DNA from: Spirochaetaceae bacterium
GTDB taxonomy: Bacteria > Spirochaetota > Spirochaetia > WTKD01
Assembly (NCBI GenBank): GCA_011524535.1
Contig: WTKD01000014.1
Coordinates: forward strand, 28,519 to 92,518
Direction of reading: 5' to 3'
DNA length: 64,000 nucleotides
Shown in pieces: positions 18,115 to 29,539 of this stretch (the first letter of the stretch is position 1; each line of letters begins with the position of its first letter). The notes below the pieces were generated by a model that saw only the letters and a list, made by a program, of their open reading frames with translations, was not told where the DNA came from and made no database searches. Position numbers and translations under genes: made by a program.

Positions 18115-18908
18115 GTTACTTTCCCCTTACGGTAGGCTCGAGAGAGCAAACGAGTTGCCAAGCGAGGAAAAAACGAATGCACCCAATACAATAGCCAGTG
18201 ACGAAATTCCATACCAACAAAAATGTGTTTCTTCTTTTTCCTGATACTTTTCCAAACCTTCTTTGCCACAATACCTGGCAGGACTGCTTTTTCTTGAGCC
18301 GGGTCTTGCTTTTCATATTTTGTATGATCACCTTGTAATGCATGAAACGAAATATTTGTTTTGCTAGCTCCCAATACAACATTGCTATGCCAAAAAAAAT
18401 CATCCTCAGATTCAGCCTGTAATGTTTCTGAAAACCTATCCAGGGCCGATTTTGCAGAAGAGTACCCAGCCCGGAGGGGTATTCCGTGTATACCCGCTAT
18501 ACTAGAAATGTACACAATATGAAAATCTTTGCGCTTTCTGACCTCCTGTTGCAAAAAATGGAGGGAAATCTGTACTATCGAAAGATAATTTAGGCGATAC
18601 AATTCAATGAACACCTGCATTTTTGTGTCTGCAATACGTGATCGTTGACTGACCCCGGCATTACATACAACGATGTCCGGACAACGAGGAAGGCTCTTCA
18701 GAGCGGTAGCCGTCGCCTCCTGATCCAAAAGATCAAAGACCAATATGTCCACCGATCCTGCTCCACGTTCTCGACAAGTGTTGGCAACTCGTTCCAAAGA
18801 TTCTTTGTTCCGTGCCGACAGGATGAGGTCGTATCCAGACGAAGCCACCGCATAGGCCAAAGCCTCACCTATACCTCGACTAGCTCCAGTAATCCATACA
18901 AGTGACAT
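18111..18908 (-). CDS. SDR-family oxidoreductase
   Basis: ITGASRGIG, NAG, ISS, YSSAK. Confidence 0.9.
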   Translation of the reverse strand: MSLVWITGASRGIGEALAYAVASSGYDLILSARNKESLERVANTCRERGAGSVDILVFDLLDQEATATALKSLPRCPDIVVCNAGVSQRSRIADTKMQVFIELYRLNYLSIVQISLHFLQQEVRKRKDFHIVYISSIAGIHGIPLRAGYSSAKSALDRFSETLQAESEDDFFWHSNVVLGASKTNISFHALQGDHTKYEKQDPAQEKAVLPGIVAKKVWKSIRKKKKHIFVGMEFRHWLLYWVHSFFPRLATRLLSRAYRKGKVT

Positions 18909-18915
18909 TGACTGC

Positions 18916-19896
18916 CTAGCTTGGTTTGTTGTCCAATATCTCCTCTATGCTTTGCAAAACATCTGCCGTCAGAACATCTGTATAATCAAGGCTTTTAAGG
19001 TTTGATTCGATTTGTTCTACTTTTGAGGCCCCCATAATAACCGTGCTCACATCGGGGTTCTTTAATGCCCAAGCGATAGCCATATTCGGTAATGGTATGC
19101 CGAGCTCTGCAGCCAATTCGGTAAGCTTTCTTGTTTTTTTCAGATTCTCACCACCTTCATCGAGGATGCTCTTTCGTAGCCAATCGTATCCCGTCAACGA
19201 CAATCTTGAGCCTTCTGGGATTCCATTATTGTATTTTCCCGTAAGCAAACCAGAAGCAAGCGTCGACCATGTGGTAATACCTAGCCCTATCGTTTCATAC
19301 AATCGCTTGTATTCACTTTCAACCCTTTCTCTCCAAAGCATGCTGTATTGTGGTTGCTCCATCGTAGGTGGTATAAGATTTCTTTCACGTGCAATACCAT
19401 AGGCTTCCATAATTTCTTGGACCGACCATTCAGAAGTTCCCCAATAAAAGATTTTCCCTTGCCGTATCAAGGCAGTCATTGTTTCTACAACCTCTTCGAT
19501 TGGCGTGGTAGGATCTGGTCGGTGACAAAAATACAAATCGAGATAGTCTAATTGCAATCGTTTGAGTGCAGCATCGCATGCTTCGATTAGGTGTTTGCGG
19601 TTCAAACCAACCTGCGTAGGAAGTTTTTCCTTGGTGCTACCAAAATACACCTTACTTGAAACAATATAAGAATCACGTGGCCAGGATAATTGTTTTATTG
19701 CTTTCCCCATTATGATTTCGGACATACCGAAGGCGTAGGTTTCCGCATTGTCAAAAAAATTCACGCCATGATCATAGGCTGCCGCTAGACAATTTTTTGC
19801 ATGAGAAACCTGCATTTGATTTCCAAATGTGACCCATGAACCATAGGACAAAATACTGACCTTAAGACCTGATTTTCCTAAATTTTTATACTTCAT
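18916..19896 (-). CDS. Aldo/keto reductase (Kv-beta/AKR6-like)
   Basis: LGKSGLKVS..GSWVTFG, FFDNAETY, SSKV, FCHRPD, YWGTSEW. Confidence 0.9.
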   Translation of the reverse strand: MKYKNLGKSGLKVSILSYGSWVTFGNQMQVSHAKNCLAAAYDHGVNFFDNAETYAFGMSEIIMGKAIKQLSWPRDSYIVSSKVYFGSTKEKLPTQVGLNRKHLIEACDAALKRLQLDYLDLYFCHRPDPTTPIEEVVETMTALIRQGKIFYWGTSEWSVQEIMEAYGIARERNLIPPTMEQPQYSMLWRERVESEYKRLYETIGLGITTWSTLASGLLTGKYNNGIPEGSRLSLTGYDWLRKSILDEGGENLKKTRKLTELAAELGIPLPNMAIAWALKNPDVSTVIMGASKVEQIESNLKSLDYTDVLTADVLQSIEEILDNKPS

Positions 19897-19912
19897 GCTG
19901 TTCTCCTTATGA

Positions 19913-21061
19913 TTATAATGTTACATTCCTGGGGGTTGGTCCTATATACAATGCACCTGGTCGATAAATTCTATTGTCACTTCTTTGTTCTCGAACATGA
20001 GCAATCCAACCGCTAACCCGGGCTGCCCCAAACATAGGGGTGTAGAACGTGGGAGGTATGCCCAATTGCTCGTAAACAGAACCAGAAAAAAAGTCAACAT
20101 TTACATGTATCGGTTTATCACCAAGGTTCTCTCTTACTACCTTCTCTATGATTCGAAGTATAGTTATATTTGTCGTATTGTTATGCTCTTCGGAAACCAC
20201 TTCAAGTAATGTTTCAATAGCATTGGCACGCGGGTCTCTTGTTTTATATACCCGGTGACCAAGCCCCATTACTTTCTCTTTATTCTTTAATCGCTGTTTA
20301 ATCCACGTTTCAGTATGTTCTGGAGATGCTATAGCTGCCACCATTTGCATTACTTTTTCATTTGCGCCGCCATGCAATGGTCCGAATAAGGCTCCATAAC
20401 CCGCCGATACGGCGCTAACCGTTGGAGCAAGGGTTGAAGCAACAACCCGTGCTGTGAAGGTCGACGCGTTAAACCCGTGTTCGGCGTGAAGCGAAAGGCA
20501 TTGATCGAATGCCTTTGTTTCATTTTGGGTTGGAGTCTTACCCGACATCATATAGAGCATGTTTGCTGCATGCCCAAGGCTATCATGCGGTAGGATGATT
20601 GATTTTCCGTGATAACTCCTGTACACCATACTCGTTAGACAGCCTATCTGAGAAATAAGAGCAAGATCTCTGCCGCAAGAATCGCCATCAAGACCAAAAT
20701 CAGAAAATAATTTCTGCACACTAGACATATCAACCGGCACGTTTGTAAGCATCGGCACAAGCGATTGCATTACCTCCATTGGATGGAGCGATCGGGGCAT
20801 ACGCTGCACCGCATCAATCAAAGTCTGAGGAATAACTCTGGTTTTGCAAAGAAATTCACAAAACATATTTCTTTGTACCGTTGTAGGTAATTCACCAAAA
20901 TACAACAAAAAAGAAACATCCTCAAAATCTCTCTCTTGAAGCAAATCTTCTATATGATAACCGCGATAATATAGTTTCCCCTTTGCTCCATCAATAGAGC
21001 AAATGCCTGTTTCTGCAACAATGACACCCTCGAGCCCCCTAGAAAATTCGACTTTACTCAT
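19913..21061 (-). CDS. gltA: Citrate synthase (short dimeric type; methylcitrate activity not excluded)
   Basis: GLEGV, HAEHGFNASTF, GPLHGGAN, MGLGHRVYK, NVDFFSG. Confidence 0.92.
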   Translation of the reverse strand: MSKVEFSRGLEGVIVAETGICSIDGAKGKLYYRGYHIEDLLQERDFEDVSFLLYFGELPTTVQRNMFCEFLCKTRVIPQTLIDAVQRMPRSLHPMEVMQSLVPMLTNVPVDMSSVQKLFSDFGLDGDSCGRDLALISQIGCLTSMVYRSYHGKSIILPHDSLGHAANMLYMMSGKTPTQNETKAFDQCLSLHAEHGFNASTFTARVVASTLAPTVSAVSAGYGALFGPLHGGANEKVMQMVAAIASPEHTETWIKQRLKNKEKVMGLGHRVYKTRDPRANAIETLLEVVSEEHNNTTNITILRIIEKVVRENLGDKPIHVNVDFFSGSVYEQLGIPPTFYTPMFGAARVSGWIAHVREQRSDNRIYRPGALYIGPTPRNVTL

Positions 21062-21097
21062 AATATCCTCTTTCCTTGTTTAGAATTTAGAAATAAG

Positions 21098-22489
21098 TTA
21101 ATGCACTTTTTTTCCAATAATTCCCATCGATGCTTCTTTAAGCACCTCTGAAAGCGTTGGATGTGCATGAACAATTCTACGTAGATCTTCACTCGATGAG
21201 TCAAAATCCATCGCAGAAACTGCTTCAGCGATCAAATGAGAAGCTTGTGGTCCAAATATATGTATTCCCAATATGCGATCATTAGCTTTGGATGCAAGAA
21301 CTTTTACGAATCCAGTTGTATTATCCATGGCAATAGAACGACCATTCGCACTCATCAATGATTTGCTTTTTGCATACTCTATGTTTTCTTCTTTTAATTG
21401 CTCTTCTGTCTTGCCCACGGATGCAAGTTCGGGCGCCGTATACACAACATTGGGAATTGTTTCCTGACGTAATCGTGAAGAAACCCCGTTGATTCGTTCA
21501 ATGAACACAACCGCCTCTTCTAATGCTTTATGAGCAAGCATTGGCCCCGGAATAATATCACCTATAGCGTATACGTTTTCTACACTCGTCTGATAATTCT
21601 CATCTACTGCAAGCGAACGTCCCCCCGGAGTATATGCCAAATCGAGTGATTCAAGATTGAACCCAGAGAGTCTTGGTTTGCGCCCAACCGCTACCAAAAC
21701 ATTATCCCCTACATAGGCATCTCCACCATCTTCAGTATGTAGATAAACCTTCTTTTTCTGTGTTTCCGCTTTGCTTACCCTGGCATTCAAAACAAAGTTC
21801 AGACCCTGCTTTTCAAACTCTTTGCGGGCCGATCTTGCCAGTTCTTTATCCCAACCCGGTAGAATCTCTCCCATCCCCTCTAACAGCGTTACCTTTGACC
21901 CGAGTCGAGCCCATACACTTCCAAGCTCTAAACCGATTACACCGGCTCCAATGATCACAAGCTCCTTCGGAATCGTCCTGAGCTCCAAAGCTTCATCAGA
22001 ACTAATAATGTTTTTCCCGTCAAAAGGAATACTCGGAATTCCCTGCACTTCGCTACCTGTTGCCAAAAGAAGTTTCTCACAGTGCACCTGTGTAGTTTCC
22101 TGTTTTGATCGTATCTCTACGGTATGAGCATCGATAATCCACCCCAGACCGTACAAAACGGTCACTTTGTTGTGTTTCATAAGAGTGCCTACCCCCTTGG
22201 TAAGCCTGTTTACGACGTCATCCTTGCGTTCCTGCAATGTTTTAATATCTATATGAAGATTATCTGCGATAATTCCATGTTTTTTTCCATGACTTGCGAT
22301 ATCGCTATATAATTCCGTTGAATGCAACAAAGCCTTGGATGGTATGCATCCTACATTTGCGCAGGTTCCCCCCAACGCTTCTCGCTCCTCTACGAGGGCG
22401 ACACTCATACCACTCTGCGCTGCATGAATTGCTGCGGTATATCCACCAGGTCCAGCCCCAATAATCAAAAGATCATATTTTTCTGACAT
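21098..22489 (-). CDS. lpdA: Dihydrolipoyl dehydrogenase
   Basis: GAGPGGY, GGTCANVGCIPSK, GAGVIGLE, HAHPTLSE. Confidence 0.96.
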   Translation of the reverse strand: MSEKYDLLIIGAGPGGYTAAIHAAQSGMSVALVEEREALGGTCANVGCIPSKALLHSTELYSDIASHGKKHGIIADNLHIDIKTLQERKDDVVNRLTKGVGTLMKHNKVTVLYGLGWIIDAHTVEIRSKQETTQVHCEKLLLATGSEVQGIPSIPFDGKNIISSDEALELRTIPKELVIIGAGVIGLELGSVWARLGSKVTLLEGMGEILPGWDKELARSARKEFEKQGLNFVLNARVSKAETQKKKVYLHTEDGGDAYVGDNVLVAVGRKPRLSGFNLESLDLAYTPGGRSLAVDENYQTSVENVYAIGDIIPGPMLAHKALEEAVVFIERINGVSSRLRQETIPNVVYTAPELASVGKTEEQLKEENIEYAKSKSLMSANGRSIAMDNTTGFVKVLASKANDRILGIHIFGPQASHLIAEAVSAMDFDSSSEDLRRIVHAHPTLSEVLKEASMGIIGKKVH

Positions 22490-22702
22490 GTGTATCCTCC
22501 CCTTATGATACTGACAATTGTTATTCTTGGTCCACAGATAACAGCTGCTATCACCTTTCTATGTAGGTGTTGGTCTCTTGCTCTCTTTGCCACATATACC
22601 AACCAATGCACCTCGAACTATCCGATGTTTTATTGATATACATGCATGTTTTTGATCTGCGTTACAGAGTCAACAGGTGGTGCAGTGGACACCAAAGAAA
22701 CA

Positions 22703-23908
22703 CTATAAATCGAGAAACATTCGTTCTGGGTATTCAATGGCATTTTTTATCGTCACCAGAAATCCGATAGCATCCTTCCCATCAAGGATTCGGTGATCAT
22801 AACTTAATGCCAAATACATCATCGGTCGTATAGTAATTTCATCATTCACTACCATCGGCCTTTTTTGTATCGTATGCATGCCCAGAACAGCCGACTGCGG
22901 TGGGCTTGGTATGGGTGTTGAGAGCATAGATCCGAATACACCGCCATTAGATATGGTAAAAGTTCCCCCAACAAATTCATCCGGCATAATTCTTTTGCTT
23001 TTTGCTCTTGTCCCAAAATCGACTATGCCCTTTTCAATATCTGCAAAACTTAATGCATCCGCATTACGTAATACCGGTACAAGGAGTCCGGCTGCGGTCG
23101 AAATGGCAACCCCAATATTGTAAAAATGATTATATATTATGTCAGTTCCGTCCACATAGGCATTCACATTTGGATATCTTTGCAAAGCGTGTATGGCTGC
23201 TTTGATAAAAAAGCTCATGAATCCAAGACGTACCTCATGTTTTTTCTCAAATTGGTCCTTGAATGTACTTCGCAATTTCATGACCCGGGACATATCCACT
23301 TCATTAAACGTGGTGAGATGAGCAGATTGCTGCTTTGATGAAACCAGATTCTCTGCAATTCTTTTGCGTAACGTCGTCATTGGGACTCTTTCTTGCGCAT
23401 CACTAATCGCAGAAGGAGCCTGTGGTTTTATCGGAGACGGTGGAGGCGTTTTAGGAATCTGTATAGGCTTCTGCGGGCTCTTATCTTTACCCTTAGAAGC
23501 AAGATAGGCTTCCACATCCTCTTTACTCAACCTGTTTTCTTTTTTTGACGGAATATCACTTGCATTGAGACCGTTTTGTTCGAGCAAGACGCGTACTGCT
23601 GGAGAAAGAGATATCTGAGTATCTGTCTTTTCAGGAGCGCTTTCAGAATCTTTTGCCTTGCTAGATGGTGCGGAAGAAGCCCCAGAAATATTTGCCACAA
23701 TTGCGCCTATTGAAACTTCTTCTCCCTCTTGGACAAGAATTTTTAATGTACCAGACTGCGGAGACGGAATCGGCAAGGTGGCTTTGTCTGTTTCAAGCTC
23801 GAACAGCTCTTGACCCTCTTCAACCACACTTCCATCTTCTATCAACCAGGTTGCAATAATACCGGATGATACAGATTCACCTACCTCTGGAACAACTACA
23901 TCACTCAT
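22703..23908 (-). CDS. sucB: 2-oxoglutarate dehydrogenase E2 (succinyltransferase)
   Basis: Lipoyl domain ELETDKA, SPAVR binding domain, [14 protein letters not shown] lies upstream of ATG 23908. Confidence 0.95.
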   Translation of the reverse strand: MSDVVVPEVGESVSSGIIATWLIEDGSVVEEGQELFELETDKATLPIPSPQSGTLKILVQEGEEVSIGAIVANISGASSAPSSKAKDSESAPEKTDTQISLSPAVRVLLEQNGLNASDIPSKKENRLSKEDVEAYLASKGKDKSPQKPIQIPKTPPPSPIKPQAPSAISDAQERVPMTTLRKRIAENLVSSKQQSAHLTTFNEVDMSRVMKLRSTFKDQFEKKHEVRLGFMSFFIKAAIHALQRYPNVNAYVDGTDIIYNHFYNIGVAISTAAGLLVPVLRNADALSFADIEKGIVDFGTRAKSKRIMPDEFVGGTFTISNGGVFGSMLSTPIPSPPQSAVLGMHTIQKRPMVVNDEITIRPMMYLALSYDHRILDGKDAIGFLVTIKNAIEYPERMFLDL

Positions 23909-23964
23909 ATATGTCTCCTTGCTTTCAAACACTCTACATCACATAGCAGGTTAATATCAATGCA

Positions 23965-26781
23965 TTATGATGAAAATGATTCCTTTAAAATTCCTTCTAG
24001 CTCTAGCACATGCTTCTGATGCGAACCTTGCGCTGGGGACGAACTCGGCGCTCTTCCAACATATTCAAGGGGAATAGAAAAGCGAGCACGAAACTCTTCC
24101 GCAATATACAACCACGCACCGTGATTCTTTGCTTCTTCTTGTACCCATGTTACTTTTTTTAATTTTTTACACCTATCAAATACGCTCGATAGCTCTTCTT
24201 CTGGAAACGGGTATAGCTGTTCAAGCCGTATCAACGGTATTGCATAGGAATTCTTTTTGCGATAATTATACAAATCATAATACACCTTGCCCGAGCATAA
24301 AATCAGTGTTTCAGCATCCTGTATCTCTTCCAATTCGTATACAACATTTTGGAAATGCCCCGTGCATAACTCTTGTACGCTCGATTTCGCCTGCGGATGT
24401 CGTAACAATGCCTTTGGCGACATTACAATCAGTGGCAACCGAATGGTTTGATACACTTGTCGCCTAAGAAGATGAAAAAATTGCGCAGGAGTTGTGCAGT
24501 TTGCAATTTGCATGTTTTGATTCGCACAAAGAGACAGAAAACGTTCCAAATGAGCACTCGAATGCTCGGGCCCCTGTCCTTCATACCCATGCGGCAACAA
24601 TAGTACAAGTCCACAAGCACGTCGCCATTTCGACTCTCCAGAGCTGACAAATTGGTCTATAATCACCTGGGCTCCATTGGCAAAATCACCGAACTGAGCT
24701 TCCCAAATAATCAATGCATCGGGCTGAGTTAAACTATAGCCGTATTCAAAACCAAGAACCGAAAATTCAGATAATGGGCTATTGTGCACCGAAAACGGAG
24801 CTTGACCTTCAGAAATATGTTGTAGCGGGGTGTACTGTTTGGAATTTTCCGTTCTATGATCCCACCATTGCGCGTGTCGATGAGAAAACGTCCCTCTACC
24901 CGAATCTTCCCCGCTCAAACGCACGTGATATCCTTCTCTTACCAATGTTCCATAGGCAAGCGCTTCCGCAAATCCCCAATTGAGCCCCGTATCTTTCTCA
25001 AAAGATGCCTTGTTTTCATTCAACAATCGAGTCAATTTTGGATGAGGGTGAAAATTCGAAGGCGGCGTCGTCAACACATGGGCTACATTCGTCAAATTCT
25101 TTTTCTCCACTCCAGTTGCTATAGGTTTGAATGAATAATCGTTATGATATTTTTCCCACTCCCCTCGATATGGCGTTGCAACAATATCGTGTACCGAAAC
25201 ATTGCTTGCGATATCGAGCTCAGCCTTGAGGACATCTTGGTATTTTTTCTTAAATGTCTTTTGTTCTTGCTCTGAATATATTCCTGCATCAGCGAGTTTT
25301 TTTCCATACAATGTCGTCACACTTGGGTGTTCTCGAATCAATTTGTACATATGTGGGTGTGTAAAAGAAGGTTCGTCGCTTTCATTGTGTCCCCGCCTTC
25401 GGTAAGACACAATATCGATGATCGCATCCGTACCAAATTTTTGACGCCAAGCGAGCGCACAATCTATAGCAGAAATGGTTGCTTCAGGGTCATCCCCATT
25501 TACATGAAAGATGGGAATCTGGAGTGCCTTTGCGAAATCGGTTGCAAAATACGTAGACCGACCATCTCGAGGCGAAGTCGTGAATCCAATTTGATTGTTG
25601 ACGATGATGTGTATCGTTCCACCGGTCTTGTATCCACGCAAATGACTAAGATTCAGCGTTTCCGTCACCACTCCCTGTCCGATAAATGCTGCATCGCCGT
25701 GTATCAACAAGGGTATTGTTTTCTTTCTGTTGATATCTTTTCTCTTTCTCTGAATACCTCGAGCTTTTCCTTCAACCACCGGGTTGACTGCTTCCAGATG
25801 GCTTGGGTTTGCAACCAAGGATATGTGTACAGAGCGGTTTGTTTTTCTATCAACATAATCAAAACTGTGTCCTAAGTGATATTTCACATCACCGGTTCCA
25901 CCCACTTCGTGGTGAAAAGAACTCCCTACAAATATTGCAAATGTTTCATGGGCTGGTTTCCGAATACTGTTTGTAAACAAATTCAGCCTTCCTCTATGCG
26001 ACATACCAAGAACGATATCATTAACCTTGTAGTCAAGTGTATTTCTGATAAGATAATGCACTGCTGGTATAACAACCTCGGAACCTTCAAGAGAAAAACG
26101 TTTCTGTCCCACAAAGTTGCGCTGCACAAAAGCCTCAAATCCTTCAGCTTTGATAAGATCCTTCTGAATCCTGATTTTCAAATCAGGAACCATATCCTTC
26201 TTGTGTTTTGGTGATTCAATGCGGGTGAGTAGCCAATTGCGCATGGCAGTATTCCGTATATGCGAAAAATCGTACCCAACACTGCCACAATACATGGTGC
26301 GATATTCTTTCAAAATTGTTCGAAGAGGAACTTTTTCTCCCGCAAAAAAATCTCCCGCATAAAACAAAACATCATTATCTTCTTTACCGAGACCAAAAGC
26401 TTCAGGTTCAAGCCCTACACTCACACCCCGCACAATCATCTTGAGCCGTTGCATCTCTTTTGTTTCGTATTGTGCCAATGGATTTACGTGGGCATACAAG
26501 ACACCTATGTCACGATACGCTGCAATCATTGCATCTACCCGCCTCTGCTTATCCTCGCCTTCACGTGATGTGGAAATATTTGATCTTGCATGGGCAGGAG
26601 TCGAAGGCGATGCATCCGACTCAACGTACAGACTTGGCGCTACAACAGACAGAGCTTCAGGATCAGCCCCGTTCTTCTCCCAATGGGCAAAATACTCTTG
26701 CCAAGACCCTGGTACGGATGTCGGATCTTTACGCCATGATGTGTATAAATCTTCGATATAGGCAAGATTTATTCTGCTCAT
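23965..26781 (-). CDS. sucA: 2-oxoglutarate dehydrogenase E1
   Basis: KRFSLEG, GMSHRGRLN, GDVKYHLG, HGDAAF..NNQIGFTT, WEAQFGDF, PHGYEGQGPEHSSA. Confidence 0.97.
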   Translation of the reverse strand: MSRINLAYIEDLYTSWRKDPTSVPGSWQEYFAHWEKNGADPEALSVVAPSLYVESDASPSTPAHARSNISTSREGEDKQRRVDAMIAAYRDIGVLYAHVNPLAQYETKEMQRLKMIVRGVSVGLEPEAFGLGKEDNDVLFYAGDFFAGEKVPLRTILKEYRTMYCGSVGYDFSHIRNTAMRNWLLTRIESPKHKKDMVPDLKIRIQKDLIKAEGFEAFVQRNFVGQKRFSLEGSEVVIPAVHYLIRNTLDYKVNDIVLGMSHRGRLNLFTNSIRKPAHETFAIFVGSSFHHEVGGTGDVKYHLGHSFDYVDRKTNRSVHISLVANPSHLEAVNPVVEGKARGIQRKRKDINRKKTIPLLIHGDAAFIGQGVVTETLNLSHLRGYKTGGTIHIIVNNQIGFTTSPRDGRSTYFATDFAKALQIPIFHVNGDDPEATISAIDCALAWRQKFGTDAIIDIVSYRRRGHNESDEPSFTHPHMYKLIREHPSVTTLYGKKLADAGIYSEQEQKTFKKKYQDVLKAELDIASNVSVHDIVATPYRGEWEKYHNDYSFKPIATGVEKKNLTNVAHVLTTPPSNFHPHPKLTRLLNENKASFEKDTGLNWGFAEALAYGTLVREGYHVRLSGEDSGRGTFSHRHAQWWDHRTENSKQYTPLQHISEGQAPFSVHNSPLSEFSVLGFEYGYSLTQPDALIIWEAQFGDFANGAQVIIDQFVSSGESKWRRACGLVLLLPHGYEGQGPEHSSAHLERFLSLCANQNMQIANCTTPAQFFHLLRRQVYQTIRLPLIVMSPKALLRHPQAKSSVQELCTGHFQNVVYELEEIQDAETLILCSGKVYYDLYNYRKKNSYAIPLIRLEQLYPFPEEELSSVFDRCKKLKKVTWVQEEAKNHGAWLYIAEEFRARFSIPLEYVGRAPSSSPAQGSHQKHVLELEGILKESFSS

Positions 26782-26787
26782 AATTTA

Positions 26788-27657
26788 TCATCCGAGCGCT
26801 TTTTGTATTAGGGCAGGAATTTCGGAGGGCCGATCAGCCACAGGAACTCCAGCTGCATTCAAAGAAGCTATTTTCCCTTCCGGAGTTCCGCTTGAACCCG
26901 AAATGATAGCTCCCGCATGGCCCATTCTTTTTCCTGGAGGAGCTGTTCTTCCAGAAATAAAAGAAACAACAGGCTTTGTCATCGTTTTTTGTATAAATTC
27001 AGCTGCTTGTTCTTCTGCTTCTCCCCCGATTTCGCCGATGAGCACAACGGCATGGGTATCTGCATCTTTTTCAAATAAGGCTAGGGCATCGATAAAATTG
27101 GTGCCGATAATCGGGTCACCCCCTATTCCCACACACGTCGATTGGCCAATATTATTTTGACTGAGGTTATACACAACCTCATAGGTGAGTGTTCCACTAC
27201 GTGAAATAACACCAACATGGCCTGGCTTGTGTATATGCGCGGGCATTATTCCTATTTTGCATTTTCCTGGTGAAATGAGCCCAGGGCAATTCGGACCGAT
27301 TAGGCGAACATTACGCTCTTGTGTATAGCGATACATAGTAATCATATCCAAAACAGGTATGCCCTCGGTAATACAGATGATTAATGGAACAGATGCGTCA
27401 GCTGCCTCTTGTATTGCCTTCGCAGCGAAAGGTGCTGGCACGTATATGACGCTTGCATCTACTCTGTGATCTTTTTGTGCATCTTGAATCGAATTGTATA
27501 CGGGTACCCCCTCAACGGTCTGTCCTCCTCGCTTCGGTGTAACTCCTGCGACTATCGAGGTCCCATCTTTTAACATCGTGTTCGTATGGAAAGAACCATC
27601 TCTTCCGGTTATTCCTTGCACCAATACCTGCGTTTTTTGGTCTATCAATATGCTCAT
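26788..27657 (-). CDS. sucD: Succinyl-CoA ligase alpha subunit
   Basis: [30 protein letters not shown]. Confidence 0.97.
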   Translation of the reverse strand: MSILIDQKTQVLVQGITGRDGSFHTNTMLKDGTSIVAGVTPKRGGQTVEGVPVYNSIQDAQKDHRVDASVIYVPAPFAAKAIQEAADASVPLIICITEGIPVLDMITMYRYTQERNVRLIGPNCPGLISPGKCKIGIMPAHIHKPGHVGVISRSGTLTYEVVYNLSQNNIGQSTCVGIGGDPIIGTNFIDALALFEKDADTHAVVLIGEIGGEAEEQAAEFIQKTMTKPVVSFISGRTAPPGKRMGHAGAIISGSSGTPEGKIASLNAAGVPVADRPSEIPALIQKALG

Positions 27658-28787
27658 CTGTTCTCTCTCTCTCGAATGACGGCCTGTACGGCGTCGTCTA
27701 ATGTGCTCTCAACCTTCATTCCCTGTTCCTCCAGCAAAGCTCTCCCCTCGGTTTGATTTGTCCCGACCAAACGTACTACAAGGGGAACCGATACCGTGTA
27801 TCGTTCCAAAGCAACCAATAAACCACGAGCGATATCATCGCACCGTGTAATTCCTCCAAAGATATTTAGAAGTATCGCGTCTACTTTTGGATTGTCCAAA
27901 ATGATTCTGATTGCATTTACAACTTTGTCTGGATTCGAACTTCCTCCAACATCAAGAAAGTTGGCCGGCTCACCACCATAATATTTGATGATGTCCATGG
28001 TAGCCATTGCAAGACCAGCTCCATTGACTATACAGCCAATATTGCCGTCCATACTCACAAAGCTTAACCCATTTTCCCGGGCGTCCTCTTCTCCCTTTGC
28101 GTATTCTTCCAGGTTTTTGTATTTCACAATTTCTGGCTGTCGATATTGCGCATTATCATCTATGACCATCTTTGCATCGAGTGCCATAAGATGTCCATTA
28201 ACTCGCGCCAAGGGATTGATTTCAAGTAAGGAAGAATCGCTTTTTCTAAAAAGCTCAACAAGTTTATTTACAATATCTTTGCCCTCTTTGACCAATACTT
28301 CATCTTGAAACACATCCTTGTATACATCAGCCACCAATGCATCACTCAATCCATCTTCAAGAGAGAATGGAATTTTGTGGATTTTTTCAGGATCGGTTTC
28401 GGCTAATTCTTCAATATCAACACCACCCTCACGCGTAATCATGAGCACAACCTTTTTACTTGTTCTATCAACAATCAAACCGGCATAATATTCATGCTCT
28501 ATCTCCGCGGCTTCGGTAATGAGCAATTTCTCAACGGTCAAACCCTTGATGTCCATCCCCAAAATAGCAGTTGCTTTCTCGCGCACTTCTTCAGGAGAAG
28601 ACGCCAATTTCACGCCTCCAGCCTTTCCTCTACCACCAACCAGTACTTGAGCTTTCACAACAACCTGTTTGCCTATTTTTTGTGCGGCCGCTACCGCTTC
28701 ATCAACACTTTCAGCTACGTATTGTGTTGCGGTAGGTATCCCTACCTCTGCAAACAGTTCTTTTGCTTGATATTCTTGTAATTTCAT
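27654..28787 (-). CDS. sucC: Succinyl-CoA ligase beta subunit
   Basis: [43 protein letters not shown]. Confidence 0.97.
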   Translation of the reverse strand: MKLQEYQAKELFAEVGIPTATQYVAESVDEAVAAAQKIGKQVVVKAQVLVGGRGKAGGVKLASSPEEVREKATAILGMDIKGLTVEKLLITEAAEIEHEYYAGLIVDRTSKKVVLMITREGGVDIEELAETDPEKIHKIPFSLEDGLSDALVADVYKDVFQDEVLVKEGKDIVNKLVELFRKSDSSLLEINPLARVNGHLMALDAKMVIDDNAQYRQPEIVKYKNLEEYAKGEEDARENGLSFVSMDGNIGCIVNGAGLAMATMDIIKYYGGEPANFLDVGGSSNPDKVVNAIRIILDNPKVDAILLNIFGGITRCDDIARGLLVALERYTVSVPLVVRLVGTNQTEGRALLEEQGMKVESTLDDAVQAVIRERENR

Positions 28788-29527
28788 TATTCTCCCTTGT
28801 TAACCTTCTCTCCACGTTCTTTTCTGTATTTTTCCACTGTTCTTTTCGTTTGATTGATCAATTTAGTAATTTTTATGTCCCTTGGGCAAACCTTCGTACA
28901 TTCAAATTTCTGTTGGCAGCCCCACAGACCATTTGGATTATCCAATACATCAAGTCGCGCTTCAAGACCTTTGTCTCTACTATCGTTCACAAAACGTATC
29001 GCCTGGACCAATGCTTGTGGACCCAAAAAGTTGGGATTGGTTTCCAATATAGGACAGGCTGAATAACAAGCCCCGCAATTTATACATTTTGTGGCCTCGT
29101 CTATTCTCAAGCGATCTTCAGGAGATTGGATATATTCCTCGCTACCCGCTGGGCTCGCTGGAATGAAATAAGGGCGCACCTTTGAATATTTTTCCATGAA
29201 AACATCATGATTCACGATGAGATCCCGTTCAACTCCATAATGCCTAAGGGGTTCAACCGTTATTTTTGAATTTTGTTCATCGGTCACATCATGAATCAAT
29301 GTTTTGCAGGCCAATTTCTCAACCCCATTGATTCGCATAGCATCGGAGCCACAAACCCCATGCGCACAGCTTTTTCTGAATCCTAATGTACTGTCCTGGT
29401 TTTCTGAAACGTACAACAAGGCATCGATAACACGATCGTTTTCATCAACTTCTACGTCGTATTCAACGATATATGGTTCTTTGTCGGTCTCAGGATTAAA
29501 TCTTTCTACTGCTAGTGTTACATTCAT
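28787..29527 (-). CDS. sdhB: Succinate dehydrogenase/fumarate reductase Fe-S subunit
   Basis: SCAHGVCGSD, CINCGACYSAC, CQQKFECTKVCP. Confidence 0.94.
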   Translation of the reverse strand: MNVTLAVERFNPETDKEPYIVEYDVEVDENDRVIDALLYVSENQDSTLGFRKSCAHGVCGSDAMRINGVEKLACKTLIHDVTDEQNSKITVEPLRHYGVERDLIVNHDVFMEKYSKVRPYFIPASPAGSEEYIQSPEDRLRIDEATKCINCGACYSACPILETNPNFLGPQALVQAIRFVNDSRDKGLEARLDVLDNPNGLWGCQQKFECTKVCPRDIKITKLINQTKRTVEKYRKERGEKVNKGE

Positions 29528-29539
29528 ATGTTTTACCCC

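Noticed and set aside
22567..22770. 67-aa plus-strand ORF in the sucB-lpdA gap
   Set aside because: It is antisense to the operon, overlaps sucB, and has no RBS or recognisable motif.
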